64,000 bases of DNA from a candidate division WS6 bacterium GW2011_GWF2_39_15 (GTDB lineage Bacteria; Patescibacteriota; Dojkabacteria; SC72). This document shows positions 48,464-58,902 of the stretch, piece by piece. The notes below the pieces were generated by a model. That model had not been told where the DNA came from. It saw only the letters and a list, made by a program, of their open reading frames with translations, and ran no database searches. How positions within the stretch are numbered: the first letter of the stretch is position 1; each line of letters opens with the position of its first letter. The stretch is taken from NCBI GenBank assembly GCA_000993565.1, contig LBWK01000001.1, forward strand, positions 492,208-556,207. Reading direction: 5' to 3'. The translations under genes were made by a program, and so were the position numbers.

Positions 48464-49321
48464 CTACTTTACATACGCTCTTACAATCCAATCCCATATA
48501 AAATCAGGTATAACCCTTTTACCTAATGAAAGTGCATAGGCATCCCATCCTACAAGATTTCTTAAAGGAGGATTTTTCGTATTTGCTACCCTATACACTT
48601 TGTTTACAACCCACTTAGGATCTCTTAACCATCCCATTATCCCCTTTTTGGTATCTATCTTTAGAGCTTTCCTTTTTGCTGTGAGTTTCTTAAACCATTT
48701 TCCATATACAGTCTCTTTAATCTTCTCTTCATCTAAACCTTCCACATTCTTCCCGAAGTGAGTATTGAAACCCCCAGGCTCGACCATCGCGACTTTAATA
48801 CCAAACTGCCTCACTTCCGATCTAAGTGCCTGGCTATACCTATCAACAGCAGCTTTAGACGCTGCATACACACCATAAAAGGGAATTGATCCATTAACAG
48901 AGGCTGATGAGATATTAATAATCATTCCCCCTCCCTGCTCTCTCATCAGAGGGAGAAACGATTTAACCATTCGAACCACTCCGAGAAAGTTTGTATTCAT
49001 TTGTCTCTCTATATCCTCAACTGAAAAGGTTTCAATTGGTCCAAGTATCCCGTAACCCGCATTATTAACCAGAACATCTATTCTTTCTCTTCTTTTTTTG
49101 AATATATGAGTAACATTATCTATTGTTTCCTGGTTCGTAACATCGATTTCCAACTGTTCTATATCCAGTTTCTCTTTAAGGGCAATCTCCTTCATCTGAA
49201 TCATGGATTTTGATGTCACATCCCTAGCTGTTGCGAAAACCTTATATCCGGCTTTAGCAAATTTAAAAGCCGTTAAATACCCGAACCCGGAACTTGTACC
49301 AGTAATTAATACCGTCTTCAT
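48464..49321 (-). CDS. Short-chain dehydrogenase/reductase (SDR) family oxidoreductase
   Basis: 285 aa. Cofactor motif VLITGTSSGFG; catalytic Y-x3-K in YAASKAA; NNAG block. Confidence 0.85.
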   Translation of the reverse strand: MKTVLITGTSSGFGYLTAFKFAKAGYKVFATARDVTSKSMIQMKEIALKEKLDIEQLEIDVTNQETIDNVTHIFKKRRERIDVLVNNAGYGILGPIETFSVEDIERQMNTNFLGVVRMVKSFLPLMREQGGGMIINISSASVNGSIPFYGVYAASKAAVDRYSQALRSEVRQFGIKVAMVEPGGFNTHFGKNVEGLDEEKIKETVYGKWFKKLTAKRKALKIDTKKGIMGWLRDPKWVVNKVYRVANTKNPPLRNLVGWDAYALSLGKRVIPDFIWDWIVRAYVK

Positions 49322-49330
49322 CCCGCTAAC

Positions 49331-50059
49331 TTATAATTTATTTAGACTGGATTTATATAAAGCTATCCCTACTGCCACAGAAAGATTTAGAGAATCAATA
49401 TCTTTCTCATGTTTTATGTACACGCTTTCTCCCAACTTGGCATACTCATCCGATAATCCTGCACTTTCAGTGCCAAAGACAAGAGCGTATGGGGATTTGA
49501 AAGGAACTTCTTCTATATTTTTAGCCCCGTTAAGCATGAACAGATATTTATTGTGCAATGGAAACTCGTTACTATACCCCTCTATTGAATCGTAATATTT
49601 AAAGTTAATACTGAAAAGAGCTCCCATTGCCGATCTCACAATTGTCGGATCAAAGATATCTGCAGCAGGTTTAATGAGAATGAGGTCTTTAAATCCAAAT
49701 CCCACCATTGTTCTGATAATAGTACCTATATTGCCCATATTTCTTGGCTGATCCAATACAATATGATTACTATTTTTATCAATTTCACATTCATACTTCT
49801 CAAAGACACCTATCGAATATGTATTTTCCTTCACAGAAAGTTTGTCTATAACCCTGTCGTTTACTTCATACTTAATACCTTTCTCTTCACATAACGCAAC
49901 AATTTCATTAACACCTTCACTGCCAAAACCTTCCTGCTTAAGAAGAACCTTTAAAACCTTTTCAGGCTTAGACTTGAGCAGGTCAATTGTGGGATATGTA
50001 CCAAAGGCATATGAGTATTCAAAATCTTTATCATACCTTTTTAATTTGGGATCTTTCAT
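49331..50059 (-). CDS. SpoU/TrmH-family RNA 2'-O-methyltransferase
   Basis: 242 aa. SPOUT motifs LDQPRNMGNIGTIIRTMVGFGF and LVFGTESAGLSDE. Confidence 0.8.
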   Translation of the reverse strand: MKDPKLKRYDKDFEYSYAFGTYPTIDLLKSKPEKVLKVLLKQEGFGSEGVNEIVALCEEKGIKYEVNDRVIDKLSVKENTYSIGVFEKYECEIDKNSNHIVLDQPRNMGNIGTIIRTMVGFGFKDLILIKPAADIFDPTIVRSAMGALFSINFKYYDSIEGYSNEFPLHNKYLFMLNGAKNIEEVPFKSPYALVFGTESAGLSDEYAKLGESVYIKHEKDIDSLNLSVAVGIALYKSSLNKL

Positions 50060-50583
50060 ACTTTATTATATAACTTTAACAGTTTCATTGCCCTAGACTG
50101 AAGAGACGGTATTGAGCTTTTAGCCATATCTCCGAGAACCCCTCTTATTTCCTTTCTATATTTCTCATTTGTAATAAAGAGGTTATACATTGTTTGCATT
50201 GCAAAAACTCTCACAATATTACTATCTAAATAATCATTAATGGCCTCCTTAAGATAATTATATACTTGATCTTTTATACCGTTTGGAATTTCCATATATC
50301 CAAGTATCTGTACATAATGCCACATAAATTCTTTATGTTTAGGGGTCCCTAGTATACTGAGTAACTGGCTTTGTTCTTCCTCCGTCACATTGCTATTTTT
50401 GGAAATCTTTTCGTAGGCGTCTATTGCCCTCATTGCGATAATCCTATTCTCTGAAAAAATTAGATCGAAAATATCTTTTCTTACCTTTTTATCCTTTGAA
50501 TATTCTTTCAAGACATTATCAACTCCCCCCTTTCCTCTCAGATCTCCTTTTGAAAACTCTTTTTCTATCTCACTTTTTGTCAT
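50056..50583 (-). CDS. Hypothetical helical protein
   Basis: 175-aa ORF. The stop overlaps the start of the next gene. Confidence 0.4.
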   Translation of the reverse strand: MTKSEIEKEFSKGDLRGKGGVDNVLKEYSKDKKVRKDIFDLIFSENRIIAMRAIDAYEKISKNSNVTEEEQSQLLSILGTPKHKEFMWHYVQILGYMEIPNGIKDQVYNYLKEAINDYLDSNIVRVFAMQTMYNLFITNEKYRKEIRGVLGDMAKSSIPSLQSRAMKLLKLYNKV

Positions 50584-51886
50584 TAAAAAATGGAGCTAAT
50601 ATCTTAAACTTATTCTCCCACGTATATTCCCTCATTACCTTGTTATACCCGTTTTGACCTAACCTCTTCGCCTCCTCTTTATTACTTAAAAGAAACTCTA
50701 TCTTTTCTACTAATGCCTGAGAATCGTCAAACGGAAGCAGATATCCATCCTCTCCCTCCTCTATAATCTCACTCACCGCTTCTATATTGCATCCGATCAC
50801 AGGCTTTTTATACAGCCAGGCTTCCAAATATACAATTCCAAAGGATTCGCTTTTTGATGTCATCACAAAGATATCTCCTGCATCAAACATATCCCATTTA
50901 TCTTCATCAGAAGGTCTTTCTAGAACAAGAGAATTGCTCTTCACCTCTTCCGACCTTCTATCCCAGAACTTTTCAAAAGCAATAGAGCTGTTTCCTCCCA
51001 TAACCAGTTTAAAAACAATTCCTTTCTTCCAGAGAATTTCACATGTATTCACTAGATTATATACCCCCTTAACGCCTTCACGAGCTCCTACATAGAAGAC
51101 TATCGGGATATCTGGATCTATACCGTATTTTGCCCGGAATCTGGTGCGGTCCCCTACCAGGACTTCACCAGGCACAACTCCCAACCCAACTTTTTGAAAG
51201 ACATCCAAGCTTAAAGAGACTCCCTTCTGTTCAAGAAAGTTAGACAGGGTTCTTTGCTCAACATCGGTCTGTACAAATACTTTATCTGCCTTCTTAAAAA
51301 AGTCCTTTATCAAAGGGTCAAAGTACTTTTTATACAAAGGATCTTTCTGGGAAATCCCGGTATGCGCAAACGGAGTTAGATATAGTTTAGCTCCGGTTTT
51401 TTTAGCAAGGAGGAGACCTACGTAAAAGAGAATATGGTACGGCATTGCAGATACATGAATAATGTCGTACGGAAATGAATCATTCTTACGAACTTCTCGC
51501 AGCATCTCCCAACAAAGAGGAGGACTTCCTATTATACGCAGGATCCTAAACGGCATACGAACAAGGATAAAACGAATAGCCTTGTTTATAAATATATTAT
51601 TCAGAAAGAACGGGGAGGTTTTAAACCTCCGGACATGAACACCCTCAATTTTTTCTTCCATTACATCAATCTTTTTTCTTCTGGGATACCATAGAGCATC
51701 TGCTTCCAAAGCATCGGAGGTCCAAACATCAACTTCATGACCGTTTTTAACGTTCCACTGTGCAAGAGCGTTAACATAAATCTCAGCCCCTCCAGCTGCT
51801 GGGGCATATCTTTGTGTAATATAGAGGATTTTTGACATACTATTTAATATATACGATCTTCTTTCCCAGTTCTGCAGACGGAGCAC
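50570..51886 (-). CDS. Glycosyltransferase family 4 (GT-B fold). The probable start is the internal MSKILYITQ
   Basis: 438 aa. C-terminal E-x7-E-type motif SESFGIVYLEAWLYKKPVIGCNIEAVSEIIEEGEDGYLLP. Confidence 0.85.
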   Translation of the reverse strand: MLRLQNWERRSYILNSMSKILYITQRYAPAAGGAEIYVNALAQWNVKNGHEVDVWTSDALEADALWYPRRKKIDVMEEKIEGVHVRRFKTSPFFLNNIFINKAIRFILVRMPFRILRIIGSPPLCWEMLREVRKNDSFPYDIIHVSAMPYHILFYVGLLLAKKTGAKLYLTPFAHTGISQKDPLYKKYFDPLIKDFFKKADKVFVQTDVEQRTLSNFLEQKGVSLSLDVFQKVGLGVVPGEVLVGDRTRFRAKYGIDPDIPIVFYVGAREGVKGVYNLVNTCEILWKKGIVFKLVMGGNSSIAFEKFWDRRSEEVKSNSLVLERPSDEDKWDMFDAGDIFVMTSKSESFGIVYLEAWLYKKPVIGCNIEAVSEIIEEGEDGYLLPFDDSQALVEKIEFLLSNKEEAKRLGQNGYNKVMREYTWENKFKILAPFFNDKK

Positions 51887-52280
51887 AGAGAGTTATTCTT
51901 CCTTTATCACTCTGAACTATGTTATACCCAGTTCCCTTCTCATCCTTAGATTGAGGGTCTGTTGGCATAAACTCCATGTATTTATCATTAACAAGGACAG
52001 ACAAAGCCACTTTATCGCAACCCTCTGCTCCTGCTCTGCATATCTCATTCTTAGTATCTTCACAGTTGTCGGAAACAGGTATACCTTTAGGTAATACTCC
52101 ATTGTTCTTACTTGCATATTTAGTAACGCCTTCAACAATCTGAGTAAGGTTTTCGAGTCTAATATTATTCCTTTCGTCTGCAAGTCTGCGACCGGGATTA
52201 AGAAGAATGACGGCAATAACGAGAAAGACTAACACACTCCCCAATATAATTAGAGTTGTTTTTTGAGATAGTTGTTTCAT
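51840..52280 (-). CDS. Type IV pilin-like protein with a non-canonical prepilin leader
   Basis: 146 aa. N-terminal QKTTLIILGSVLVFLVIAVILL resembles the pilin alpha1 helix but lacks Gly-1/Glu+5. It is followed by the typical NNIRLENLTQIVEGVTKYASKNNGVLP and C-terminal Cys pairs (CEDTKNEIC; CDK...LCAP). Confidence 0.45.
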   Translation of the reverse strand: MKQLSQKTTLIILGSVLVFLVIAVILLNPGRRLADERNNIRLENLTQIVEGVTKYASKNNGVLPKGIPVSDNCEDTKNEICRAGAEGCDKVALSVLVNDKYMEFMPTDPQSKDEKGTGYNIVQSDKGRITLCAPSAELGKKIVYIK

Positions 52281-52347
52281 TAAAATATACTAACGAAGTT
52301 ATTTGTTTTAATTCTACATAGTAGAAAGGAAGACAACAAGACTTTCA

Positions 52348-52806
52348 TTATCTCTTCGTCTGCGTAGGGAGTATTCCTACAGCCGTTTCTTTTGCTCCTT
52401 TTCGAATCATAACAGTAGATTTATTATAATCTACCACTGAAGAAGTTATCTGGGTAACTAACCCCGCTTTTGATAATCCCCACATAGCAATAACAAACTT
52501 ATCCCCATAATTATTAAGTTTAACGGTAAAGACATCAGCAAGATCTGTATCCTGTGAGCCCTGCTTTTCTATAATAACACTCCCTTGCTTCGCCATCTTC
52601 AGAAAATTACGGTCTTCAATTTGCAACTCCCAACCATGGGTCGTTAAGATATCTTCCCCAGATTCAATTTTGTACTCATATTTTTTAATCCCACTATCCT
52701 GAACTGAAGAATCCTTATTAAAAAAGGTCGGTAACGGCATATAATCACTCATAAAAAAGATATTAATAAACTTAATTTCTTCTAGGATTCCTGAACATTT
52801 TACCAT
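52348..52806 (-). CDS. Hypothetical protein
   Basis: 152-aa ORF. The start is probably internal (MSDYMPLP). Confidence 0.4.
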   Translation of the reverse strand: MVKCSGILEEIKFINIFFMSDYMPLPTFFNKDSSVQDSGIKKYEYKIESGEDILTTHGWELQIEDRNFLKMAKQGSVIIEKQGSQDTDLADVFTVKLNNYGDKFVIAMWGLSKAGLVTQITSSVVDYNKSTVMIRKGAKETAVGILPTQTKR

Positions 52807-53368
52807 GTCCAGGCACTATCCAGTCAGCCCTATCCAAAACTATTTTCCTTGAGTTCTGTAAATCCTTCCATGAAGCCATAAAAGGGTCCGGATTATTAAG
52901 GAGATCATTTACATTATCACTCTTCTGTTTCCCATCTTCCCACCAAAATACATCCTGACACACAAAAACAATTCCATACTCAACGGTCTCTATAACTAAC
53001 GACGTTTGTTCCATTGTATGACCCGGAGTCGGTACAAGTTCAATATCAGTTCCCGGTAGTCTCCCCTCGTAGAAATGTTCCTGATCACCATGCCAGCGGG
53101 TAGTGCCATCGTATAAATCAACATTAGGAAACAATCTGATGTTCAGGAAATGATCCGGATGATAGTGCGTAAGAAAGACTATATCAATATCCTTAAACTC
53201 CATCTCCTCCCTTTCAAATGAACTTCTCAGGGCATCAGCATTAGTACCTGGATCAACAAGGACTTTCACTTTTTCATCGTAAATAAGGGAGGAAGTGGGG
53301 CTTGCAAAGTAAACCCCGTTTGCACCAGTCCTAGCATACCCTTCTATAAGGATCTTAAACTTGTACAT
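52772..53368 (-). CDS. Metallo-beta-lactamase-fold hydrolase
   Basis: 198 aa. Zn-binding FLTHYHPDH, plus downstream His/Asp ligands. Confidence 0.8.
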   Translation of the reverse strand: MYKFKILIEGYARTGANGVYFASPTSSLIYDEKVKVLVDPGTNADALRSSFEREEMEFKDIDIVFLTHYHPDHFLNIRLFPNVDLYDGTTRWHGDQEHFYEGRLPGTDIELVPTPGHTMEQTSLVIETVEYGIVFVCQDVFWWEDGKQKSDNVNDLLNNPDPFMASWKDLQNSRKIVLDRADWIVPGHGKMFRNPRRN

Positions 53369-53495
53369 GAGAAATTATAGCAGATTGTATTACAGGAACA
53401 CTACGAAGAATAAAAGCCTTTAAGAGACGGATTATTCTGACAAAAACAAGTGAATTTGAAATCAGGAAATCGTAATACAATTTTCTTAGGAAGTG

Positions 53496-53831
53496 TTAAG
53501 AGGAGATTTCCATGACTTCAAATTTAATAATCTTAACTTCCGTATTTGGTTGAACTTTGTCTCCATAATACACTTTGTAGTCACCAACAGGATCTTTTGA
53601 AGGTTCATGCCCAGCATAATCTTCTGGCCTAAGAGTATCTAGTGTTCTCATCGTGATATTCTTAATTTTCGCTTTTCCAAAATTTGTAACATTTTCTCCA
53701 TCCCTCGTAGCTAGAATAATGATATCACCTACTGAAAGATTCTTATCATCAAAGAGTCTCCAGGTGGTTGTTTTTTTACCCTGTTTTATAAGCTCTGTTA
53801 GCTGTGGTGTAAACTTTACAATCTTTTCCAT
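53496..53831 (-). CDS. ASCH (PUA-like) domain protein
   Basis: 111 aa. KKTTTWRLFDDKNLSVGDIIILATRDGE is the ASCH core. Confidence 0.6.
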   Translation of the reverse strand: MEKIVKFTPQLTELIKQGKKTTTWRLFDDKNLSVGDIIILATRDGENVTNFGKAKIKNITMRTLDTLRPEDYAGHEPSKDPVGDYKVYYGDKVQPNTEVKIIKFEVMEISS

Positions 53832-53850
53832 AATATTGACCTTTTAAGTA

Positions 53851-53937
53851 CGGAGAGAGAGGGATTCGAACCCTCGATCCGGTTTCCCGGATAATGCTTT
53901 TCGAGAGCATCTCTTTCGACCACTCAGACATCTCTCC
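53851..53937 (-). tRNA. tRNA-Ser (anticodon CGA), class II, CCA not encoded
   Basis: Reverse complement GGAGAGATGTCTGAGTGGTCGAAAGAGATGCTCTCGAAAAGCATTATCCGGGAAACCGGATCGAGGGTTCGAATCCCTCTCTCTCCG. Anticodon stem ATGCT/AGCAT, loop CTCGAAA, long variable arm, T-arm GAGGG-TTCGAAT-CCCTC. Confidence 0.85.
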
Positions 53938-54022
53938 AAGAGAGATTATACTGTGAAATATGAAATATAGGTACTAGAAAGACTCTTTATCCCTTTACAA
54001 CCTGTAAACATCCGTTTAAACT

Positions 54023-55837
54023 CTACTTCGTAAACAGATACCCGTTAATAAAGTTAAAGCCTGTAATCTTCCCATTTTTATACATCCCCCCTACGTGATT
54101 AATGATAAAGATTGTGTTACTGCTCTCAAATGAAAGTTTTGTTATATCTGTTGTAAAGTACGAGCCAGTAGGACCAAAAGACTTCTCATTCTCACTTAGA
54201 TTCTTAGATGTGGTCGAGAAAGCAGGGTCTTCAAAATCCAGATCAACTGTATATACAACCTCGTCTAATGTGAATGTATTCTTTTTCATATCCTCATAAG
54301 GGACTTCTTTGTACACAACCTTAGTGTACCCTTCAAGAATATCTAGGCTTGTTACATCTAAAGAAGCTACAAATTCTTCTGTAGCGGCAGGTATCTGATT
54401 TGTAGGATTAGCATAGAAGACGCTCCCGGAAAGAGAATATCTTTGAGCCACCTCTTTAACATACCCATATTTATTCAGTGTGAGTCCCTCCATAACAGTA
54501 TCTCCAAGAACATTCTCAACCTTCTTAATCCCGTTATTAAGATTGAGATAAACAATGATCTCTCCCATTACATAATCATTTCCGGCAACAGCAGGTTTAT
54601 CCCCCTTCTCTATCTTTCCATTTACATAAAGCTTCTCATCCTTGGCTATATTGATTAGCCTGTTTATCTGAGAATGCTCTCCCCAATAGAAGGATGTGAA
54701 TGGGAAATAGAAGATAACAAAGAGAAGAATCCACAAACCTGCGAGAGGATACTTAATATTCGTGTTTCTAGAAAATAGATAATATAAAGTGACAGCAAGG
54801 AACCAGAGGATAACCGCCATAAGAACAAACCTGTTAACAGTCATTCCATAGGCATTAATTCTTAGCCACAAGGAATAGATCCAGAAAAGGATCGTAGGCA
54901 GAGCAATAGCTGTGCTTATTTTAGTAAAAAGAGTTTTAAACTTCTCATCACTTGTACCCTGGGGCAAACCATATAGAAGAGCTATTCCTGCATAGATCAT
55001 AACCATAAGGGCAAGGATTATTCCCGTAGCTTCGTTTGCAGGCCACTCCTCTCTAAACGGGAAGCTGAAAATGTAAGGGTAGAGAATAATTGTGTAGATA
55101 CCAATGAGCGGGGTTAAAATATATTTAACCATTATCAAAAGATACTTAGGGAGCTGTATAAGAGTTGATTTTTTAGGAAACTCATAAATACCGTGAAGAA
55201 AGTGGAGAGGAGCAACAAGCACAAAACTGAAGATTGCAACCAAAGCATACTGATTATCAAAGAATGTGAATTTCCAGAAGGCATCAACAGCAAGAAAAGC
55301 TAAACTCAAACCAATATACAAGGCTACAGAATACAGAACAGATATAGATCCTCGATAAAAGGTTGTAATCATAAGATTCCACCACTCATTGCTATTCTCA
55401 TCCTTTAAGAACGGGGATATAGCTACGGAAAGGACTGATAATCCAGCCATAATCAGCATCTTGTACGTATTACCGGTAAATGTACCGTTAAGGATATTGA
55501 AAGAGTTAATATCCTTATACAGGAAAAGGTATGAAAACCCTCCAATTAGAACAAATGCAGCAATATTCAGAGCTATTCTTTTTAATACTGGTAATCCATA
55601 TCTTTCAGATGCGAGCTGTATATTTACTGTTAAAGCAGATAAGGCAAAATTAGCGAGTAATACCATTTCAAGGAGATAGGCTTCTTTCCCATGATCACGG
55701 AAATAATCAAGCTCTGTAAGAAGCGACATTCCTATAAACTCAATGATAATAAGAGTAGCAGTAACGGGAAATCTTCTAAAGATCCCAATTATTGATACAT
55801 ACGATCTGTGAAAAAGCTCTAATAAAGATAATTTCAT
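54023..55837 (-). CDS. Polytopic membrane protein (at least 10 TM) with an about 200-aa C-terminal extracytoplasmic domain
   Basis: 604 aa. The N-terminal 400 aa are hydrophobic helices. Confidence 0.6.
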   Translation of the reverse strand: MKLSLLELFHRSYVSIIGIFRRFPVTATLIIIEFIGMSLLTELDYFRDHGKEAYLLEMVLLANFALSALTVNIQLASERYGLPVLKRIALNIAAFVLIGGFSYLFLYKDINSFNILNGTFTGNTYKMLIMAGLSVLSVAISPFLKDENSNEWWNLMITTFYRGSISVLYSVALYIGLSLAFLAVDAFWKFTFFDNQYALVAIFSFVLVAPLHFLHGIYEFPKKSTLIQLPKYLLIMVKYILTPLIGIYTIILYPYIFSFPFREEWPANEATGIILALMVMIYAGIALLYGLPQGTSDEKFKTLFTKISTAIALPTILFWIYSLWLRINAYGMTVNRFVLMAVILWFLAVTLYYLFSRNTNIKYPLAGLWILLFVIFYFPFTSFYWGEHSQINRLINIAKDEKLYVNGKIEKGDKPAVAGNDYVMGEIIVYLNLNNGIKKVENVLGDTVMEGLTLNKYGYVKEVAQRYSLSGSVFYANPTNQIPAATEEFVASLDVTSLDILEGYTKVVYKEVPYEDMKKNTFTLDEVVYTVDLDFEDPAFSTTSKNLSENEKSFGPTGSYFTTDITKLSFESSNTIFIINHVGGMYKNGKITGFNFINGYLFTK

Positions 55838-55893
55838 ACTATAAGAATATAAAATATATACTTCATACTAACATTTAGAGGATACTTTTGAAA

Positions 55894-56583
55894 CTATATT
55901 TTCTCAATCGGTATATATTCCCCGAAATTCATCTGATCCAACTTGCTCCATCTTCTAATATCTTTATAAAGGAGTTTATCCTGCAATAAAAGGAAGATGG
56001 GCTTAACTTCTTTCTCCCCTACTATCATCATCAGCTTGTTCGGAAGCCTCAGTTTTGTACCGACTACTAGTAAGTACTGATCCTCTCTCTTGGTAAACCA
56101 GAAAGTATCAAGCAAAAACCACTCATACAGCTTCCCAAGTGAATCTATCCCTTTTGTATTAATCTCATGCTTAACTGTAATAGGAGGGGTTGTACCGGCA
56201 ACATAGAAAAAGAAAAGAAGTGCAATAATAGAGGCCATAAGGCCGTAATGACCTAGTACAGCCAGATACATTATAAAGAGGAGCATAACTCCGGTTAAAA
56301 CCAGAAACATCTTAGGGTTAAATGGCTGGTTAAAACGAATCGGGGCCTCCCACTCATACAGCTTGATCTTTTGAACAACCTTTTTCAGCTTATCCTCTGT
56401 TTCAACCCTAGCTTCCCCTTCTATAATTTTCTTCCTTCTTAAGTCCTTCTGCTTTTTAACGGCCTTCTGAGTCAATTTCTCAACTTCTTCCTCCCTCTTT
56501 CTTAACTGAAGCTCGCCGGAAAGAACTTTTGCAATATCACTAAGCTCTGTACTGAAACCTGATTTTTTCTTCTCTGTTTTCAT
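55894..56583 (-). CDS. Hypothetical membrane protein (coiled-coil N-terminus, 2 TM)
   Basis: 229-aa ORF. Confidence 0.45.
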   Translation of the reverse strand: MKTEKKKSGFSTELSDIAKVLSGELQLRKREEEVEKLTQKAVKKQKDLRRKKIIEGEARVETEDKLKKVVQKIKLYEWEAPIRFNQPFNPKMFLVLTGVMLLFIMYLAVLGHYGLMASIIALLFFFYVAGTTPPITVKHEINTKGIDSLGKLYEWFLLDTFWFTKREDQYLLVVGTKLRLPNKLMMIVGEKEVKPIFLLLQDKLLYKDIRRWSKLDQMNFGEYIPIEKI

Positions 56584-56590
56584 AGCTTAA

Positions 56591-56959
56591 TCATATAACA
56601 GTTATAAGGATAATAACAAGTAATAGGGCTAGTGATCCCCATGGGAAAACCAAAATACCTAAGATATTAAGAAAAACCCCTCCTACCAGAGATATTCCCA
56701 ATATATTTCCCCACCTTAAAGAGACCTTGTAATCAGGAAACTCCCTCCACCCGTAGGCTAAAAACTTCTGAAAAAGAAAAACTATCAAGGAGACGAACGA
56801 CTGAGTCGTTGCAAAAAGAAGGAAGAGTATAAGAGAAGTGTTATACCAATTAATAGATTGTGGGCTTGTATAGGGAACAAAGTAATCAAGGGATAACATA
56901 TATATCAGAAATGTTACAGAAGAGAAAAGTATGAAGAATTGTGTAAGAAGGAATTTCAT
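56591..56959 (-). CDS. Hypothetical 4-TM membrane protein
   Basis: 122 aa, almost entirely hydrophobic. Confidence 0.45.
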   Translation of the reverse strand: MKFLLTQFFILFSSVTFLIYMLSLDYFVPYTSPQSINWYNTSLILFLLFATTQSFVSLIVFLFQKFLAYGWREFPDYKVSLRWGNILGISLVGGVFLNILGILVFPWGSLALLLVIILITVI

Positions 56960-57035
56960 ATCTCTAAAAATATAGGTCTTTAGGATTTAATCACCTAATA
57001 TTACCCTTTAATCAATAAATTATCATGGTTTTCCT

Positions 57036-57701
57036 ATGAATATTTTAATTATAGAAGATTATCCATCAGTTGCACAAATTACTAAAAATATTCTGGAGAG
57101 TAACGGATGGTTTACAGAGATAAATAGCTCCAAAAAGGCAAAAGAGATTAAGTATGAAGAGTGTGTTTTCGACCTTATAATAATGGATGTAAATCTAAAA
57201 GAGACAAGTTCATCCTTACTAGTAAAAGAAATCAGAAACAAGGCAGGCCGAATACTAATACTAGGTATTGCTAGCAAAGCCACATGGAAAGAAAAAGTCC
57301 TCTTTTTAAATGAAGGAGCTGACGATGTACTAGACTACCCCTATGCTATTCAGGAGCTATTAGCAAGAATAAACTCCCTGCTTAGAAGACCGAAGACTAG
57401 AGAAGAGAAGTATCTAAGGTTTAAAGATATAAATATAGATACTGATCTTAAATATGTAACGAAGGATAACGAGGAGATACCTTTGAGAAGACGGGAATAC
57501 ACCCTTCTTGAGTACTTGGTTAAGAATAAAAATAGGACGTTAACAAGAAATGAGCTATTAGAAAAAGTCTGGGACTATAGAAAGCTAACAACTTCTAATA
57601 CAGTAGATGTCCATGTGAAGAAATTGAGAGATAAATTACAGGAAAAAGACCTGATTAAAACAGTCCACGGGTTTGGATACGTAGTAAAGGATACCGATTA
57701 A
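57036..57701 (+). CDS. OmpR/PhoB-family response regulator (receiver plus winged-helix)
   Basis: 221 aa. Receiver MNILIIEDYP...DLIIMDVNL; C-terminal trans_reg_C LTRNELLEKVWDY...VDVHVKKLRDKL...VHGFGY. Confidence 0.85.
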   Translation: MNILIIEDYPSVAQITKNILESNGWFTEINSSKKAKEIKYEECVFDLIIMDVNLKETSSSLLVKEIRNKAGRILILGIASKATWKEKVLFLNEGADDVLDYPYAIQELLARINSLLRRPKTREEKYLRFKDINIDTDLKYVTKDNEEIPLRRREYTLLEYLVKNKNRTLTRNELLEKVWDYRKLTTSNTVDVHVKKLRDKLQEKDLIKTVHGFGYVVKDTD

Positions 57702-58825
57702 AGCATCATCGGCATTATAAGATGGATGAAGTTATCATCCCCCTTTATCTTGAAGACTCCTGGCTTAACAGATTCAGTACATTCAAAAATGAGATCTGTT
57801 CCATCTAAATTATTAAACATATCTCCCAAAAACCTTGCACTAAAAGCAATTTTAAGAGATTCTCCTTCCATAGCTCCCTCAAAAACACTTCGGTTACTCC
57901 CAACCTCAGACTGTGAAGCGGAGATAGCGACCTGATTATCTTTAGGGTTAAGCTCCAGGATAATTTTATTGCCAAGAACGCTCCTTGCAATAATATTAGT
58001 AACCTTAAGAGCATTAGCAAACTCATCTTTCTTGGCAGAAACCTGTGTCTTATAACCGGTTGGGATAATCTGACGATACTCTGGATACTGACCGTCAATA
58101 AGGCGGGATACAATATCTACATCTCCAAACCTGAATACAACCTGATTCCTATCTTCAACAACATACAAAGATACACTCTCTTTATCATCCATACCCATCT
58201 CTGAAACCACAAAAGCAAGCTCCTGCAAAGCTTTGACAGGAACGAGAATATTAAGATCCTTAGTTGACTCTGTCTGCACTTTGATTGTTTGCTTAGAAAG
58301 CCTCAATCCATCAGCAGCAACAAAGGAAACATTCTTCCCTTCTATCTCAATCCTCACCCCGGTTAAAACAGGTTTGACATCATCCGAAGCTGCGGCAAAA
58401 GCAACTCTTTTAACAGCCTTTAAAAGATCTTCCTGAGATATATTAAGAACGGCTTTCTCTTTATCAATAGATACAACATGCGGATAATCATCGGCAGGAA
58501 TAGTATGAAACTCTGCATTATTATTTACAGTTGAAACTGTAAGCATCTGCTTTTCAAGAGTAACATCAACCTTCTCGGAAGGGATACTATTTACAAATTC
58601 AGAGAGTTGTTTGGCAGGAACAGTAATTGTACCCTCGGATTGAACATCCGCTCCTATCCAGGTATTAATTCCAATTTCAAGGTCTGTAGCCGTAAGGTGA
58701 ACTTTACCTCCCTTAGCATCAAAGAGAATATTGTTAAGAATTGGGAGGCCGGGTTTAGAGTTAACAATCCTGCTTACAATATTTAAATACTTAGAGAAAG
58801 TATCTTGATTACAAGAGAATTGCAT
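57698..58825 (-). CDS. dnaN: DNA polymerase III beta sliding clamp
   Basis: 375 aa. MQFSCNQDTFSKYLNIVSRIV...LPILNNILFDAKGGKVHLTATDLEIGI is the DnaN N-terminus, with the three-domain length. Confidence 0.9.
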   Translation of the reverse strand: MQFSCNQDTFSKYLNIVSRIVNSKPGLPILNNILFDAKGGKVHLTATDLEIGINTWIGADVQSEGTITVPAKQLSEFVNSIPSEKVDVTLEKQMLTVSTVNNNAEFHTIPADDYPHVVSIDKEKAVLNISQEDLLKAVKRVAFAAASDDVKPVLTGVRIEIEGKNVSFVAADGLRLSKQTIKVQTESTKDLNILVPVKALQELAFVVSEMGMDDKESVSLYVVEDRNQVVFRFGDVDIVSRLIDGQYPEYRQIIPTGYKTQVSAKKDEFANALKVTNIIARSVLGNKIILELNPKDNQVAISASQSEVGSNRSVFEGAMEGESLKIAFSARFLGDMFNNLDGTDLIFECTESVKPGVFKIKGDDNFIHLIMPMML

Positions 58826-58902
58826 ATAACTAAAAACCTAAAAATTAAAATCATCGGGGCTTTTATCTAGTATACAATGTGTACGGGGAGGGGTAAAGGG
58901 AC

